NCBI GenBank assembly: GCA_038886535.1
Contig: JAVZXS010000001.1
Location: 1 to 64,000 of the forward strand
Length of the DNA: 64,000 bases
Direction: 5' to 3'
Source: Candidatus Micrarchaeia archaeon
Lineage (GTDB): Archaea > Micrarchaeota > Micrarchaeia > CABMEP01
Shown: positions 27,150-37,101 of the stretch, one piece after another
Layout of the letters: each line of letters opens with the position of its first letter
How positions within the stretch are numbered: position 1 is the first letter of the stretch
Notes under the pieces: model-generated
The model's database searches: none
What the model was told of the DNA's origin: nothing
What the model saw: the letters and a program-made list of their open reading frames with translations, nothing else
Made by a program: the position numbers and the translations under genes

Positions 27150-28547
27150 ATGTTGGGTTGGGAGATAGTTAAGGAAAAGAAAGATTATCTACTCTCCATT
27201 CCCCCGATATCTAAGGAAGAGGAAGAGATAATAGTTGAAATAACTAAACTATTTAAAGAGGAATCTAAAAACAAAGACATTTCTTCAAAAAACGTAAGGA
27301 AAGAAATAGCAGAACTTCTTATCGATTATTGCAAGTACCACCACATATCTTTAGATCCAGATCAAGAGAAGTATTTTGTCAATTATTTAATGTACAATAT
27401 TTACGGCTATAATGGAATAGAAGAATTTCTTCAAGATTCTAATATTGAAGAAATAGCAGTTATAGGTGTAGATAAACCTGTTTACGTTTACCATACTGAT
27501 AAAGGCTGGCTCGAAACAAATTTAAAATTCAGAAATCAAGAAACTGCGATCTCAGTTATTAACAAAATAGCAAGACAAGTAGGTAGGAGAATTACATATC
27601 AAAATCCTAAGATTAACGCAGTTCTTCCAGACGGTTCAAGACTACATGCATCAATCCCGCCAATATCTAATTTGGAAATGACTATAAGGAAATTTAGATC
27701 GAATCCAATAACTCCAGTTGAATTATTTCAGAAAAAAATTTATTCCTTAGACGCAATAGCATTTCTTTCTTTAGTATTTCAATCTGATTTTAATATCTTG
27801 ATAGCAGGAAACACTTCTAGTGGAAAAACAACTACTTTAAATGCAATGTTCTCATTCGTTCCACTTACAGATAGGATATTAATAATAGAAGAGACACCAG
27901 AGATAAATATACCACATCCACACAAAATCAATCTCCTTTCTAATCCAGAATTAAAAATAAATATGAAGAGTCTCGTTGAGGATAGTTTAAGAATGAGGCC
28001 TGATAGAGTAATAGTAGGTGAAATAAGAACTAAGGAAGAAACCGAAGCATTTATAGAAACTATACTTAGTGGTCAAGCAAGAGGCAGTTACGCAACATTT
28101 CATGCTCAGTCTTCTGAAGAATTAATTAAGCGAATGTTAACTTTAGGAATTTCAAAACACGATGTGACATCCATAGATTTTATTGTAATTCAAAGAAGAT
28201 TGATGAGATATGATCCAAATACAAGAAAATATTGGGAAGAGAGAAAAGGAATAGAATTAGCAGAAATGAATTCAGAAGGAGAAATAAATAAAATATTTCA
28301 AATTGACAGAAAAACAGGTGACATGGTGGGTGATCCATCTAAATCTTCAAAATATGAAGATATTGCTTTGAGCTTTGGCATGACTAAAAAAGAGTTAAAT
28401 GAAGAACTGAATTTCAGGAAAGAATTCTTGTCCTCTTTTCAAAAGCACTCTTTTCATGATTTTGTATTTAAAGTTCAAGAAAAATTTTTCTCAAATGTCA
28501 AATTATCATTAAGTCCAAATATGACCAATCAGCTTAGCATCTATTAA
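27150..28547 (+). CDS. Type IV pilus/secretion ATPase (TadA/CpaF/VirB11 family)
   Basis: LPDGSRL, TIRKF, GNTSSGKTT, IEETPE, LRMRPDRVIVGEIR, TFHA. Confidence 0.93.
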   Translation: MLGWEIVKEKKDYLLSIPPISKEEEEIIVEITKLFKEESKNKDISSKNVRKEIAELLIDYCKYHHISLDPDQEKYFVNYLMYNIYGYNGIEEFLQDSNIEEIAVIGVDKPVYVYHTDKGWLETNLKFRNQETAISVINKIARQVGRRITYQNPKINAVLPDGSRLHASIPPISNLEMTIRKFRSNPITPVELFQKKIYSLDAIAFLSLVFQSDFNILIAGNTSSGKTTTLNAMFSFVPLTDRILIIEETPEINIPHPHKINLLSNPELKINMKSLVEDSLRMRPDRVIVGEIRTKEETEAFIETILSGQARGSYATFHAQSSEELIKRMLTLGISKHDVTSIDFIVIQRRLMRYDPNTRKYWEERKGIELAEMNSEGEINKIFQIDRKTGDMVGDPSKSSKYEDIALSFGMTKKELNEELNFRKEFLSSFQKHSFHDFVFKVQEKFFSNVKLSLSPNMTNQLSIY

Positions 28548-28577
28548 TTTAATATGGAAATAATTTAAGGTGGATAT

Positions 28578-30272
28578 TTGAAAGACAGATTGCAAAATAT
28601 GATTAAAGAGTATTTCAAATCTTTAGAAAAAGAAGTAGCATTAAATTTATATCGTGCCGATATAGAGATTTCATCTTCCAAATATCTATTTTACTCCTTT
28701 TTATTTTCAATTATGTTAAGTATCATTTCTACATACTTTATATCTAGCCTAAGTACTTCTTTTGATTATCCGACTTTAGGAATTATATTTTTTATGTTAT
28801 CTATCGCGTACTTTCTTATTCTAAAAAGACTTCCATATTATATAGCAAAGCGAAGGGCATCTGAGATAGAATCAGATCTACCTATTGCAATAAGGTCTAT
28901 AGGGATTCAGTTAAATATGAAAGTACCGTTTGAAGTTGCCCTTGAAAATATAGCAAACTCAAACTATAAATGTTCAGTTGAATTCAAAAAAGTAATTAAT
29001 ATGATAGACAGTGGAACTTCAATACCAGATGCACTTAGACAAGTAACAGAAAGAGTAGATTCTCAAATAGTTAAGAAATTAATGGTACAGTTAATCCATG
29101 TTTATTTAGAAGGTATGGACGGGACAGAATTAAAACATAGTGCAGATGAATTAATTCATGCACAAAGATTTAAATTTAAAGAATTCTCTGCAAAACTTAG
29201 TTTTCTAAGTCTTATGTTTATAGCAATTTCTTCTATAGCACCAACAATGTTTTTAGCATATGTCGTAGTAGCAAGTACATATCTAGAGATGGAAACGTCA
29301 CCGAGTGATATTTGGTTCACATTTGTTGTTTTATTTCCACTTATAAATATCTTATTAATAATATATATAAAATCTACAACACCTGCAGTTCTTTCAAATC
29401 TATCAGAAAAATTTCTATCTAAAAAAGAAGAAATAATGCTAGATGAACAACTTAAAAATATGAAAATAAATTTAAAGTTTAAAAAATTTATAACTTACTT
29501 ATTTTTGATTTCATTTTTGCTCACTTTTATATTTTACTTTGAAATAAATTACTATTCATTACTTTTCCTTCTTCTTCCATTATTAGTATACTTTATCTTA
29601 TTATGGCTAATCGAAATAAGAGCAAACGAGATAGAACAACACCTTCCAGATGCATTAATGTATGCTGCTACACTTGAGTTAGGAATCCCAATGGAGAGAA
29701 TAATAGAAAACATAGCCAATGCAGGATATAGATCTTTATCTGATGAATTTAGAAAAGCATCAAGACAGATAAAAGTTGGAATTAGTGTAAACCACGCACT
29801 TCTTAATATGAAAGATAGGAATAGCTCACTTTTATTAGATAGAGTAATTTCACTTCTTATACAATGTTATAAAACAGGAAGAGATGTCCACAAAGGAATA
29901 AAAGAAACTGCAGAAGATATATTTGAGTTAAACATGCTTAAAAAAGAGCAAGCATCTTCTTTAGCATTGCAGAAATATACTATTCTTATTGGAGGATGTA
30001 TATTTGTTCCTATTATTTTAGCAGTAATCTTAAATTTAATATCAAACATTCAACCATTAAACAGCGATATTACAACTTTACAAAATAGAAATGAGATATT
30101 GACAGTTTCATACAATGCGGCTCAAATTTATATCATTATCTATGTACTATTATCTTCAATATTTATAGCTATGCAAGAAGGAAGACTTAGAACTTTTATC
30201 GGGTACTTTATTATTCTACTTCCTTTGGTTATATTTCTTTTTAATTTTGGAAGAGAATTTATTACTTTTTAA
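28578..30272 (+). CDS. Pilus assembly membrane platform protein (two TadC/T2SS-F domains)
   Basis: Two repeats, RRASEIESDLP and RANEIEQHLPDAL, each followed by TM helices; adjacent to the ATPase. Confidence 0.9.
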   Translation: MKDRLQNMIKEYFKSLEKEVALNLYRADIEISSSKYLFYSFLFSIMLSIISTYFISSLSTSFDYPTLGIIFFMLSIAYFLILKRLPYYIAKRRASEIESDLPIAIRSIGIQLNMKVPFEVALENIANSNYKCSVEFKKVINMIDSGTSIPDALRQVTERVDSQIVKKLMVQLIHVYLEGMDGTELKHSADELIHAQRFKFKEFSAKLSFLSLMFIAISSIAPTMFLAYVVVASTYLEMETSPSDIWFTFVVLFPLINILLIIYIKSTTPAVLSNLSEKFLSKKEEIMLDEQLKNMKINLKFKKFITYLFLISFLLTFIFYFEINYYSLLFLLLPLLVYFILLWLIEIRANEIEQHLPDALMYAATLELGIPMERIIENIANAGYRSLSDEFRKASRQIKVGISVNHALLNMKDRNSSLLLDRVISLLIQCYKTGRDVHKGIKETAEDIFELNMLKKEQASSLALQKYTILIGGCIFVPIILAVILNLISNIQPLNSDITTLQNRNEILTVSYNAAQIYIIIYVLLSSIFIAMQEGRLRTFIGYFIILLPLVIFLFNFGREFITF

Positions 30273-30285
30273 TTAAAACAAGCAG

Positions 30286-30357
30286 AGCCTCAGGCGAGAA
30301 TCGAACTCGCGACCTCTACCTTACCAAGGTAGCGCTCTACCCCTGAGCTACTGAGGC
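30286..30357 (-). tRNA. tRNA-Thr(GGT)
   Basis: Cloverleaf; anticodon arm CTACC TTGGTAA GGTAG. Confidence 0.97.
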
Positions 30358-30417
30358 AGGAAGTTTAGTATTATTATAGCAGTAAAGGGATTAAAATATT
30401 ATCATTATATTTATTTT

Positions 30418-31029
30418 ATGGCAAGGCGCAAGAAAGAATACGATTTTAGGTTTCCACCACAACTCCAAAAATTAAAGAGAGGTCCACAAATAATACTTCC
30501 AAAAGATTTAGGTGCAATTGTCGCATTTACAGGAATGAATAAAGAAAGCATAGTTGTTGATGCAGGTACTGGAAGTGGATTCGCCACTGTATTCTTTGCT
30601 TCTATAGCTAAAAAAGTCTATTCTTATGAAAATAAAAAAGAGTTCTATGAATTTTCAGAAAAAAACATAAAACGTTCAGGTCTTACAAATATTATACACA
30701 AATTCGGATCTGTATTTGAAGAAATTTCAAAAATAGAGGAAGAAATAGATGTAATTAATTTAGATCTACCCAACCCAGAAAATATTTTTGATTCGAATTT
30801 CAACCTAAGTGAGAATGGATATATAGTCGCGTATCTCCCTCATACAGAACAAGTTTCTAAATTCGTATCTGCAGCTACAAAAAGCAATTTCATTACATTT
30901 ACAATTGAAGTAATAGTAAGAGAGATAATTTCAAGAGAAAGAGGTACAAGACCGCAGAATACAGGAATCACACATACTGCTTATTTAACATTTTGTAGAA
31001 AGCAGAATTCAGTTGTAAAAGGTGAATAA
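30418..31029 (+). CDS. trmI: tRNA (adenine-N1)-methyltransferase TrmI/GCD14 family, short form
   Basis: KRGPQIILPKD, DAGTGSG, LDLP, TRP...HTAYL. Confidence 0.88.
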   Translation: MARRKKEYDFRFPPQLQKLKRGPQIILPKDLGAIVAFTGMNKESIVVDAGTGSGFATVFFASIAKKVYSYENKKEFYEFSEKNIKRSGLTNIIHKFGSVFEEISKIEEEIDVINLDLPNPENIFDSNFNLSENGYIVAYLPHTEQVSKFVSAATKSNFITFTIEVIVREIISRERGTRPQNTGITHTAYLTFCRKQNSVVKGE

Positions 31030-32169
31030 ATGAATCTTGGAAATATAGATTTTGACAATTTAGGTCCAGAAAAAATACTTATTGTTTCAGATAAAAAAAC
31101 AGGAATGAAAGGTTGGGTTGTAATAGACAACACAGTATTGGGCATTGGAAAGGGAGGAATTAGAATGACTCCAACAATTACAATTGAAGAGGTTGCCAGA
31201 CTTGCAAGAGTAATGACATTGAAAAATTCTCTAGCAGGACTTCCTTTCGGAGGAGCAAAAGCAGGTATATTGGCTCCTGCAGATGTAATTAAAGATCCAA
31301 AAAGAAAGAAAGAGTATGTAGTTGCCTTTTCAAAGGCGATCAAGTCGATATGTCCAAAAGAATATATTGCAGGACCAGACATGAATATTGGAGAAGAAGA
31401 GATGAGATGGTTTGTAGAAGCAAATGGTTCATGGAAAGCAGCAACCGGAAAGCCAAAGGATATGTGTTTTGGAAAGAATGGTAAGAAATGTGGGATTCCA
31501 CATGAATACGGCTCAACCGGTTTTGGAGTTTGTCAAGCTGCATTAGTAGGAATAGATTTCAAGAAAATGAACGTGAAAGAAACATCATTTGCAGTTGAGG
31601 GATTTGGAAATGTTGGATATTTTGCAGCAAAATACATGGTAGAAAAAGGAGCAAAGCTTGTTGCAATAAGCGACAGTAAAGGAACCCTTTATAATCCTGA
31701 TGGAATAAATTTTCAGGAACTGGAAAGAGTAAAGAAGGAGACAGGAAGTGTTATTAATTATAAACCAGGTAAAATACTTAATACTTCAGATCTTTTTGAA
31801 TTAGATGTTGATGTATTAATCACAGCAGCAGTGCCTGACGTAATAAACAAGGACAATGTGGATAAGATACGAGCTAAAATAATTGTTGAAGGCTCTAACA
31901 TCCCAACTAAACCAGAATATGAAGAAATACTGTATAAAAAAGGAATACTTGTTATTCCAGATTTTGTTGCAAACGCAGGCGGCGTTATCTCTTCCTATGC
32001 AGAATACAAAGGAAAGTCACCAGATGAAATGTTCAAAATAGTAGAGAAAAAAATAACATCTAATGTAAAGAAAGTATTAATTTTATCCAGAAAAGAAGGG
32101 ATAAAACCTCGAGATGCAGCAATGAAGATTGCTTTGCAAAGAATTGAGAAAAAAATGAAGAGACAATAA
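31030..32169 (+). CDS. gdhA: Glu/Leu/Phe/Val dehydrogenase, probably glutamate dehydrogenase
   Basis: KGGIR, MTLKN, GGAKAG, TGKP, GFGNVG, PDFVANAGGV. Confidence 0.9.
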   Translation: MNLGNIDFDNLGPEKILIVSDKKTGMKGWVVIDNTVLGIGKGGIRMTPTITIEEVARLARVMTLKNSLAGLPFGGAKAGILAPADVIKDPKRKKEYVVAFSKAIKSICPKEYIAGPDMNIGEEEMRWFVEANGSWKAATGKPKDMCFGKNGKKCGIPHEYGSTGFGVCQAALVGIDFKKMNVKETSFAVEGFGNVGYFAAKYMVEKGAKLVAISDSKGTLYNPDGINFQELERVKKETGSVINYKPGKILNTSDLFELDVDVLITAAVPDVINKDNVDKIRAKIIVEGSNIPTKPEYEEILYKKGILVIPDFVANAGGVISSYAEYKGKSPDEMFKIVEKKITSNVKKVLILSRKEGIKPRDAAMKIALQRIEKKMKRQ

Positions 32170-32171
32170 AA

Positions 32172-32258
32172 TGCAGGGGGTGGGATTTGAACCCACGAAG
32201 CGCCTACGCGCATAGGGTCCTAAGCCCTACCCTTTAGACCAAGCTCGGGCACCCCTGC
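32172..32258 (-). tRNA. tRNA-Leu(TAG)
   Basis: Cloverleaf with long variable arm; anticodon arm TAGGG CTTAGGA CCCTA. Confidence 0.97.
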
Positions 32259-32320
32259 ATGTCTGTAATATTTTTGTGCTTAGGTCACTAATGTTATAAC
32301 TATATCAGTTAAGAAAAAAT

Positions 32321-33043
32321 CTATCTATACATTGGAGATTGTATCTGTTCGTATGTTTTCTTGGCTTCTTTACTGTCTTTTATCAATTTCTTTAGTTTTT
32401 CTTCTATCTCTTCTCCTTCTTTCTTTAGTTTTTCTGTATCTATTTTTATATGTAGCAATTCACTTAGCTTGTCAAGGACCTTAGCTGCCCCTATTAAGTT
32501 GATGTTCATACCTCTGCTGGATGTAAGGATTGCGGCAGCAGGGAATTTTCTCACATATGCATTTGCCAATATCAAACCAGTAACACCAGTTGTTACTCCT
32601 TCTTTGACTATAGTCACACCAGCATCTTTCAGATCATTTTTAAGACCTTCTGTAGATGCAATCCCGAATACCTCATCCTTCGAAGCATCTATCCCAACGC
32701 CACCTAGTGATATAATCGCACTGAGTTTTTTATCCTCTCCCCACAAGACAATCTCATTCGCAACTGAACTTACTGCAGAGATAGGTATTACAAACTCTGA
32801 AAATAAAACAAGAGCATTGTATTTTTTAGATTGATATATCCTTGCAGCAGGCAATGGTTCTTCATTATGAATAGTACATAATGGCGGAAAAGCTTCTGAA
32901 TCTAGGTATCCAACTAGTTCCATATCCCATTCCTTAACCAAATGCATTGCTGCAATAGTTCCAATCATCCCAACTCCTGGGAACCCTTCTATCAATATTG
33001 GATTTTTTAGCTTTATCGGAGCAACTTCTACAATCTTTGTCAT
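32321..33043 (-). CDS. PAC2-family proteasome assembly chaperone
   Basis: LIEGFPGVGMIGTIAA, ISLGG, TGVTGLIL, IDTEKL. Confidence 0.88.
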   Translation of the reverse strand: MTKIVEVAPIKLKNPILIEGFPGVGMIGTIAAMHLVKEWDMELVGYLDSEAFPPLCTIHNEEPLPAARIYQSKKYNALVLFSEFVIPISAVSSVANEIVLWGEDKKLSAIISLGGVGIDASKDEVFGIASTEGLKNDLKDAGVTIVKEGVTTGVTGLILANAYVRKFPAAAILTSSRGMNINLIGAAKVLDKLSELLHIKIDTEKLKKEGEEIEEKLKKLIKDSKEAKKTYEQIQSPMYR

Positions 33044-33131
33044 ACCTATATATTGCTGGTTGGTTTTTTAAAATCTTTGATGTTTGCTTAGAGTTGATCT
33101 AGATGATTTTGACTTGGGATAATTTAAGAAG

Positions 33132-34037
33132 CTAGAATACAATCTCCGCAGAATCCTTTCCCACCACAACTGTATGCTCAAACTGTGCAACCTTGCTTTT
33201 GCTCACTTCCCTTAGAACAGGATAGGCCATTAAAGAACCATTTCTAATAAGTTCCATCAATGCGATTTTTTCAGCCTGCGTATTTGCATAATGTCTTTCA
33301 GCAAATGGCATTGTTTTTCTCTCCATAACAATCCTTTCCATCATTTTTCTAGCTTGTCTATTTCTAGTAGCCTCAAAACTATGTGCGCTGAATATTTCAC
33401 ATCTATCCATTTCACTTACATGCCCTGCTGCATTGCCATAGGTTACGAAAGGCTCTATTGCGATTATATCTCCTTCATTCAATATAGTTCCTTTCTTTGT
33501 TTCAAAATTAGGTATTATTGGATCACAATGAATTATATATCTATCAAGACCATGACCAGTCAAATTATCTATAGGTTTTAGTCCTTTTTTCTTCAAAGTA
33601 TTTTCAATTTCTTTTCCTATTTCTGATGTTGATATTCCAGCCTTTATTTTTGATACTGCATTCTCTAATGCTTCTTTTGTGGCATCAATAATCTTTCCAT
33701 GTTCTCCACTTAGGTCTATTGTGATTGAGCCATCTGCAATGAAGCCCTCTTTGTGAACCCCGATATCTATCTTTACTAAATCATCCTTTGCAAATACCCT
33801 ATCATCATTTACAGATGCAGTATCGTGCGCTGTTATTTCGTTTATCGAAATATTTACTGGAAAAGCATATCCTCCACCCATTTCCTCCATTTTCTTTTCA
33901 AGCGATTCGCATAGCTTTAGTATTGAATCACCTTCTTTTATTTTAATAGAATCTCTTATTTTTCCTGCAATCTTTCCAGCCTCAATAGTATATTTTATCT
34001 TTTCTTCCTCACTATACTCCTCATAAAAGTCATCCAT
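33132..34037 (-). CDS. map: Methionine aminopeptidase type II
   Basis: AFPVNISINEITAH, KIDIGVH, LTGHG, AIEPF, QFEHT. Confidence 0.96.
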   Translation of the reverse strand: MDDFYEEYSEEEKIKYTIEAGKIAGKIRDSIKIKEGDSILKLCESLEKKMEEMGGGYAFPVNISINEITAHDTASVNDDRVFAKDDLVKIDIGVHKEGFIADGSITIDLSGEHGKIIDATKEALENAVSKIKAGISTSEIGKEIENTLKKKGLKPIDNLTGHGLDRYIIHCDPIIPNFETKKGTILNEGDIIAIEPFVTYGNAAGHVSEMDRCEIFSAHSFEATRNRQARKMMERIVMERKTMPFAERHYANTQAEKIALMELIRNGSLMAYPVLREVSKSKVAQFEHTVVVGKDSAEIVF

Positions 34038-34053
34038 TTATTCACCTTTTAAA

Positions 34054-36423
34054 TTACATCCAATCTGAAAGAGAAGATTGTTTCCCTTCAAATATTATAT
34101 CTTCTTCACTGTAACCCAACTCACCAATTATTTTCATTACAGCAGGAAGTACTTGGTGATGAATGTAATATTCAGCATCATAATCATCAGCAAATTCAGC
34201 TATTTCTGCCTTTTCAGATATACTATTTCCTTTTTTAGTTATTATATATCCTACAATGGATCCAGGTCTTATTTCAATTCCCCTCTTTCTTGCCTTTTCA
34301 ACAGCTGAAATTTCTGGAGAAAGAACTTCATATTCTTCTTTTCTAAGTTGTGTATAAATAATCAAATCATCCTTTGACACTTTACCTTTATTTAGTTTTT
34401 CAATAACTTCCTTCACTATTGAGAGAGCCTTCTCCTTGCTGCCATCTATCAATATTGCCTCCAAAACCTTTCTCTGTGTTTCTCTTGCTATCTTAGACCA
34501 ATCTCTCCTTACAAGCTCAAATCCTCTTATCTTGATTTTGCCATCTTCTGTAACTAACGCATATTTCTTTTTTGCCCCTGTTTCTTTCTCTTGTTTTTTA
34601 GATACAAAAACCCCTCTTTTATAGATATTTTCTAATTCTAACTCCATAGTTTCAGGGAGCGTTTTGTTTATTTCTTCCATAAAATTGATAGCATCTTTTT
34701 CTGTCTTATTCTCAAGGAGAAGGAATATGCTGTCTGTGTCGCTATAAAGAACCTTAAATCCCTTTTCTTCAGCCCTTCTTCCTACTTCTTGAATGTAATT
34801 TCTTCCAAATGCAGTTATTGATTCCGCGCATTCTCTTGAATACCACCTTGATTTTGGATAGTTAAGCATTCCATATACAGTATTCAATACGATTTTTAGA
34901 GCAGCCACTCTAGCATTGAGCATGCTTACCTCCTTTTCATTTCCAGATTTCTGTGCTTCTTTAAGTTCTTTCTTTATTTTCTTTCTAAGCTCTAAAAGAT
35001 GAAGTATAGCAGAAGGAACCAAACCCTTTTCCTTTTCACAGAAGTAAAATCCATTTGGAGCCTTATTTCTTCCGTTCTTGCATTCTTCATGACCACAGTT
35101 AATAGTATATGGATCAATGTTGTGGGAAGTTATTATGGAAGGATACAGACTTCTGAAATCAAATACAGCGATTCTTTCATATATTCCTGGAGACGGAAGT
35201 TTTACATAAGCCCCTTGTATAGGCTTTGAAAAATCTTGAGCCCAGCTTGGCTTTTGAGGTATAATATATCCTCTTTTATAGCTTTCATCCATAAGCAATG
35301 ATTCCACCATCTGTCCTGTTGTAGAACCACTTATATTTGGAAGAGTTATTTTTGTTAGTCTAGCTAATTCTACTTCCAAAGGATAAAGTTTCTTGAAAAT
35401 CTCATGCGCTGCCTTTGCATCTTTTATTGCATATTCTAATAATTCCGTTCTTTTATTTTCATCATCCCACATTTTGTATATAGAAAACATGTCAACTTTC
35501 CAATCGTCTCCACCAACTAGCTCTTTGTAAACCTCTTCAAGAGTATGTCGCTCAAGCTTGATGGCCTGGGCAGCAGCAAGAATTCTTACTAGATAATAAA
35601 TATCAGAATGTACTCTACCTTCAAGTTTAGTGTGTGTTGTCATTCCAATTCTTTTTATCTTAGGTTCACTTCTTCCCCTACCTAGACCCAATTTTATACC
35701 AAGTTCTTTAGCTCTAGCTTGAAGATAAGGAATGTCAAAAACAGAGGAATTGTATCCTGCAAGAATATCAATATCTTTCTCTTCAATTAAATCACAGAAT
35801 TTTTCAATCATCTCTCTTTCATCTTTCACAATCAAAACATTTTCAGTTTTTCCATTTTTCCAAGTGATAGCCTCAGCTGTTTTGTCATTAGCATAGCTTA
35901 TGATTAGTGTTGGATCTTCATCTTCTCTAGGTATTCCATGTGGATTATATACTTCTATATCAAAGGTTAGAGAATTCAATGAATTGACATCCATTATATT
36001 TCCAATATCTTTTATACTTTTTACATATTTACCTTCGTATTCTATTTCCACTGTATTCATAGGTTTTAGATCTTTATCGATCAAGTATCTCTTATTAAAT
36101 TTGATATCTTTTTCATAAACCTTTCCTATTTCACTAAATATTTTAGCAAGAATCGGTATTTCTTTAGGGTCATTACAGGTTATTTTTTTTAATATTCTTT
36201 CCTCTCTTCCTATTCGCTTTTTTACCTCTTTAACATCTATTATTTCTATTCCATTATAAATTCCTTTTTTAATTTCTTGTTCAGTTTCTATGTAAAAATA
36301 AGGATAGAAATCTTTATCATAGAGTCTAAACATCTTTTTTCTTTTTAAAATTAATCTTATCATGCTTCTGTTATTTTTAGTTACAACATCAACATCAATG
36401 AGTATCGCTCTTATTTTACTCAT
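34054..36423 (-). CDS. polB: DNA polymerase family B
   Basis: FDIE, YNSSVFD, DFRSLYPSII, KIVLNTVYG, YSDTDS, KKKYA, RGFELVRRDWS, C-terminal PIP box QSSLSDWM. Confidence 0.97.
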   Translation of the reverse strand: MSKIRAILIDVDVVTKNNRSMIRLILKRKKMFRLYDKDFYPYFYIETEQEIKKGIYNGIEIIDVKEVKKRIGREERILKKITCNDPKEIPILAKIFSEIGKVYEKDIKFNKRYLIDKDLKPMNTVEIEYEGKYVKSIKDIGNIMDVNSLNSLTFDIEVYNPHGIPREDEDPTLIISYANDKTAEAITWKNGKTENVLIVKDEREMIEKFCDLIEEKDIDILAGYNSSVFDIPYLQARAKELGIKLGLGRGRSEPKIKRIGMTTHTKLEGRVHSDIYYLVRILAAAQAIKLERHTLEEVYKELVGGDDWKVDMFSIYKMWDDENKRTELLEYAIKDAKAAHEIFKKLYPLEVELARLTKITLPNISGSTTGQMVESLLMDESYKRGYIIPQKPSWAQDFSKPIQGAYVKLPSPGIYERIAVFDFRSLYPSIITSHNIDPYTINCGHEECKNGRNKAPNGFYFCEKEKGLVPSAILHLLELRKKIKKELKEAQKSGNEKEVSMLNARVAALKIVLNTVYGMLNYPKSRWYSRECAESITAFGRNYIQEVGRRAEEKGFKVLYSDTDSIFLLLENKTEKDAINFMEEINKTLPETMELELENIYKRGVFVSKKQEKETGAKKKYALVTEDGKIKIRGFELVRRDWSKIARETQRKVLEAILIDGSKEKALSIVKEVIEKLNKGKVSKDDLIIYTQLRKEEYEVLSPEISAVEKARKRGIEIRPGSIVGYIITKKGNSISEKAEIAEFADDYDAEYYIHHQVLPAVMKIIGELGYSEEDIIFEGKQSSLSDWM

Positions 36424-36471
36424 ATCACTACCTAAACTAAGAAAGGAAGAAGAAAATTAAGAATTAAGTTG

Positions 36472-36975
36472 TTATTTCTTTCTTTTTATAGCTGCAATAT
36501 CTCCTAAAGAGAATTGTTCAATTACTGCTTCTCTTATTCTCTTTCTTGATGCCATTCTTTTTTCTTCTTTAAGTGCATCTATTTCTTCATTTATATTATC
36601 GATTTCCTTTTTAATTTTTTCTCTCTCATTTTTCAGTTGAGAAATCTTACCTTCCATCTCTTTCAGAATTCCCATCTTCTGTTTGAGTTCTCTTATTTTT
36701 TTCAGACGTGTCTCTAAATTATGTATCTTCTTAGCTAATTCCTTCTCCACCTTTAGTGGGAGGTTTTTAGCTGTCGAGATCTTAAAGTCTAGCTGGTTAA
36801 TCTGCTTGATTATTCTTTTTTCTTCATCCGCAGAACCCAAACCGCTTGTTTTTCTGATTTTTTCTATTTCATTAGCTAGAGTTCTGATCTCTTCGCTAAG
36901 CTTTTTAACATTTTCAAGTTTTGACTTTTTTTCTGCTTCAAGTTCCTGTATTTGTTGAGTAATAGTGTCGCTCAT
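36472..36975 (-). CDS. Coiled-coil protein of unknown function
   Basis: Heptad-rich E/K composition over 167 aa. Confidence 0.7.
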   Translation of the reverse strand: MSDTITQQIQELEAEKKSKLENVKKLSEEIRTLANEIEKIRKTSGLGSADEEKRIIKQINQLDFKISTAKNLPLKVEKELAKKIHNLETRLKKIRELKQKMGILKEMEGKISQLKNEREKIKKEIDNINEEIDALKEEKRMASRKRIREAVIEQFSLGDIAAIKRKK

Positions 36976-37101
36976 CTATAAAATATGTCTAATTACATTT
37001 ATAAAGATTTTTTTATCTTGCATTATCTTTTTAAATCTTTTTTGCTCGTTTTTTATCTTTAAAAGTATTCTTTTTTATAGATTGCTAAATAAATATTCTT
37101 T

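Noticed and set aside
34054..36423. Inactivated or intein-containing PolB (YSDTDS, NTVYG variants)
   Set aside because: Catalytic Asp residues and exonuclease motifs are intact and the length is normal.
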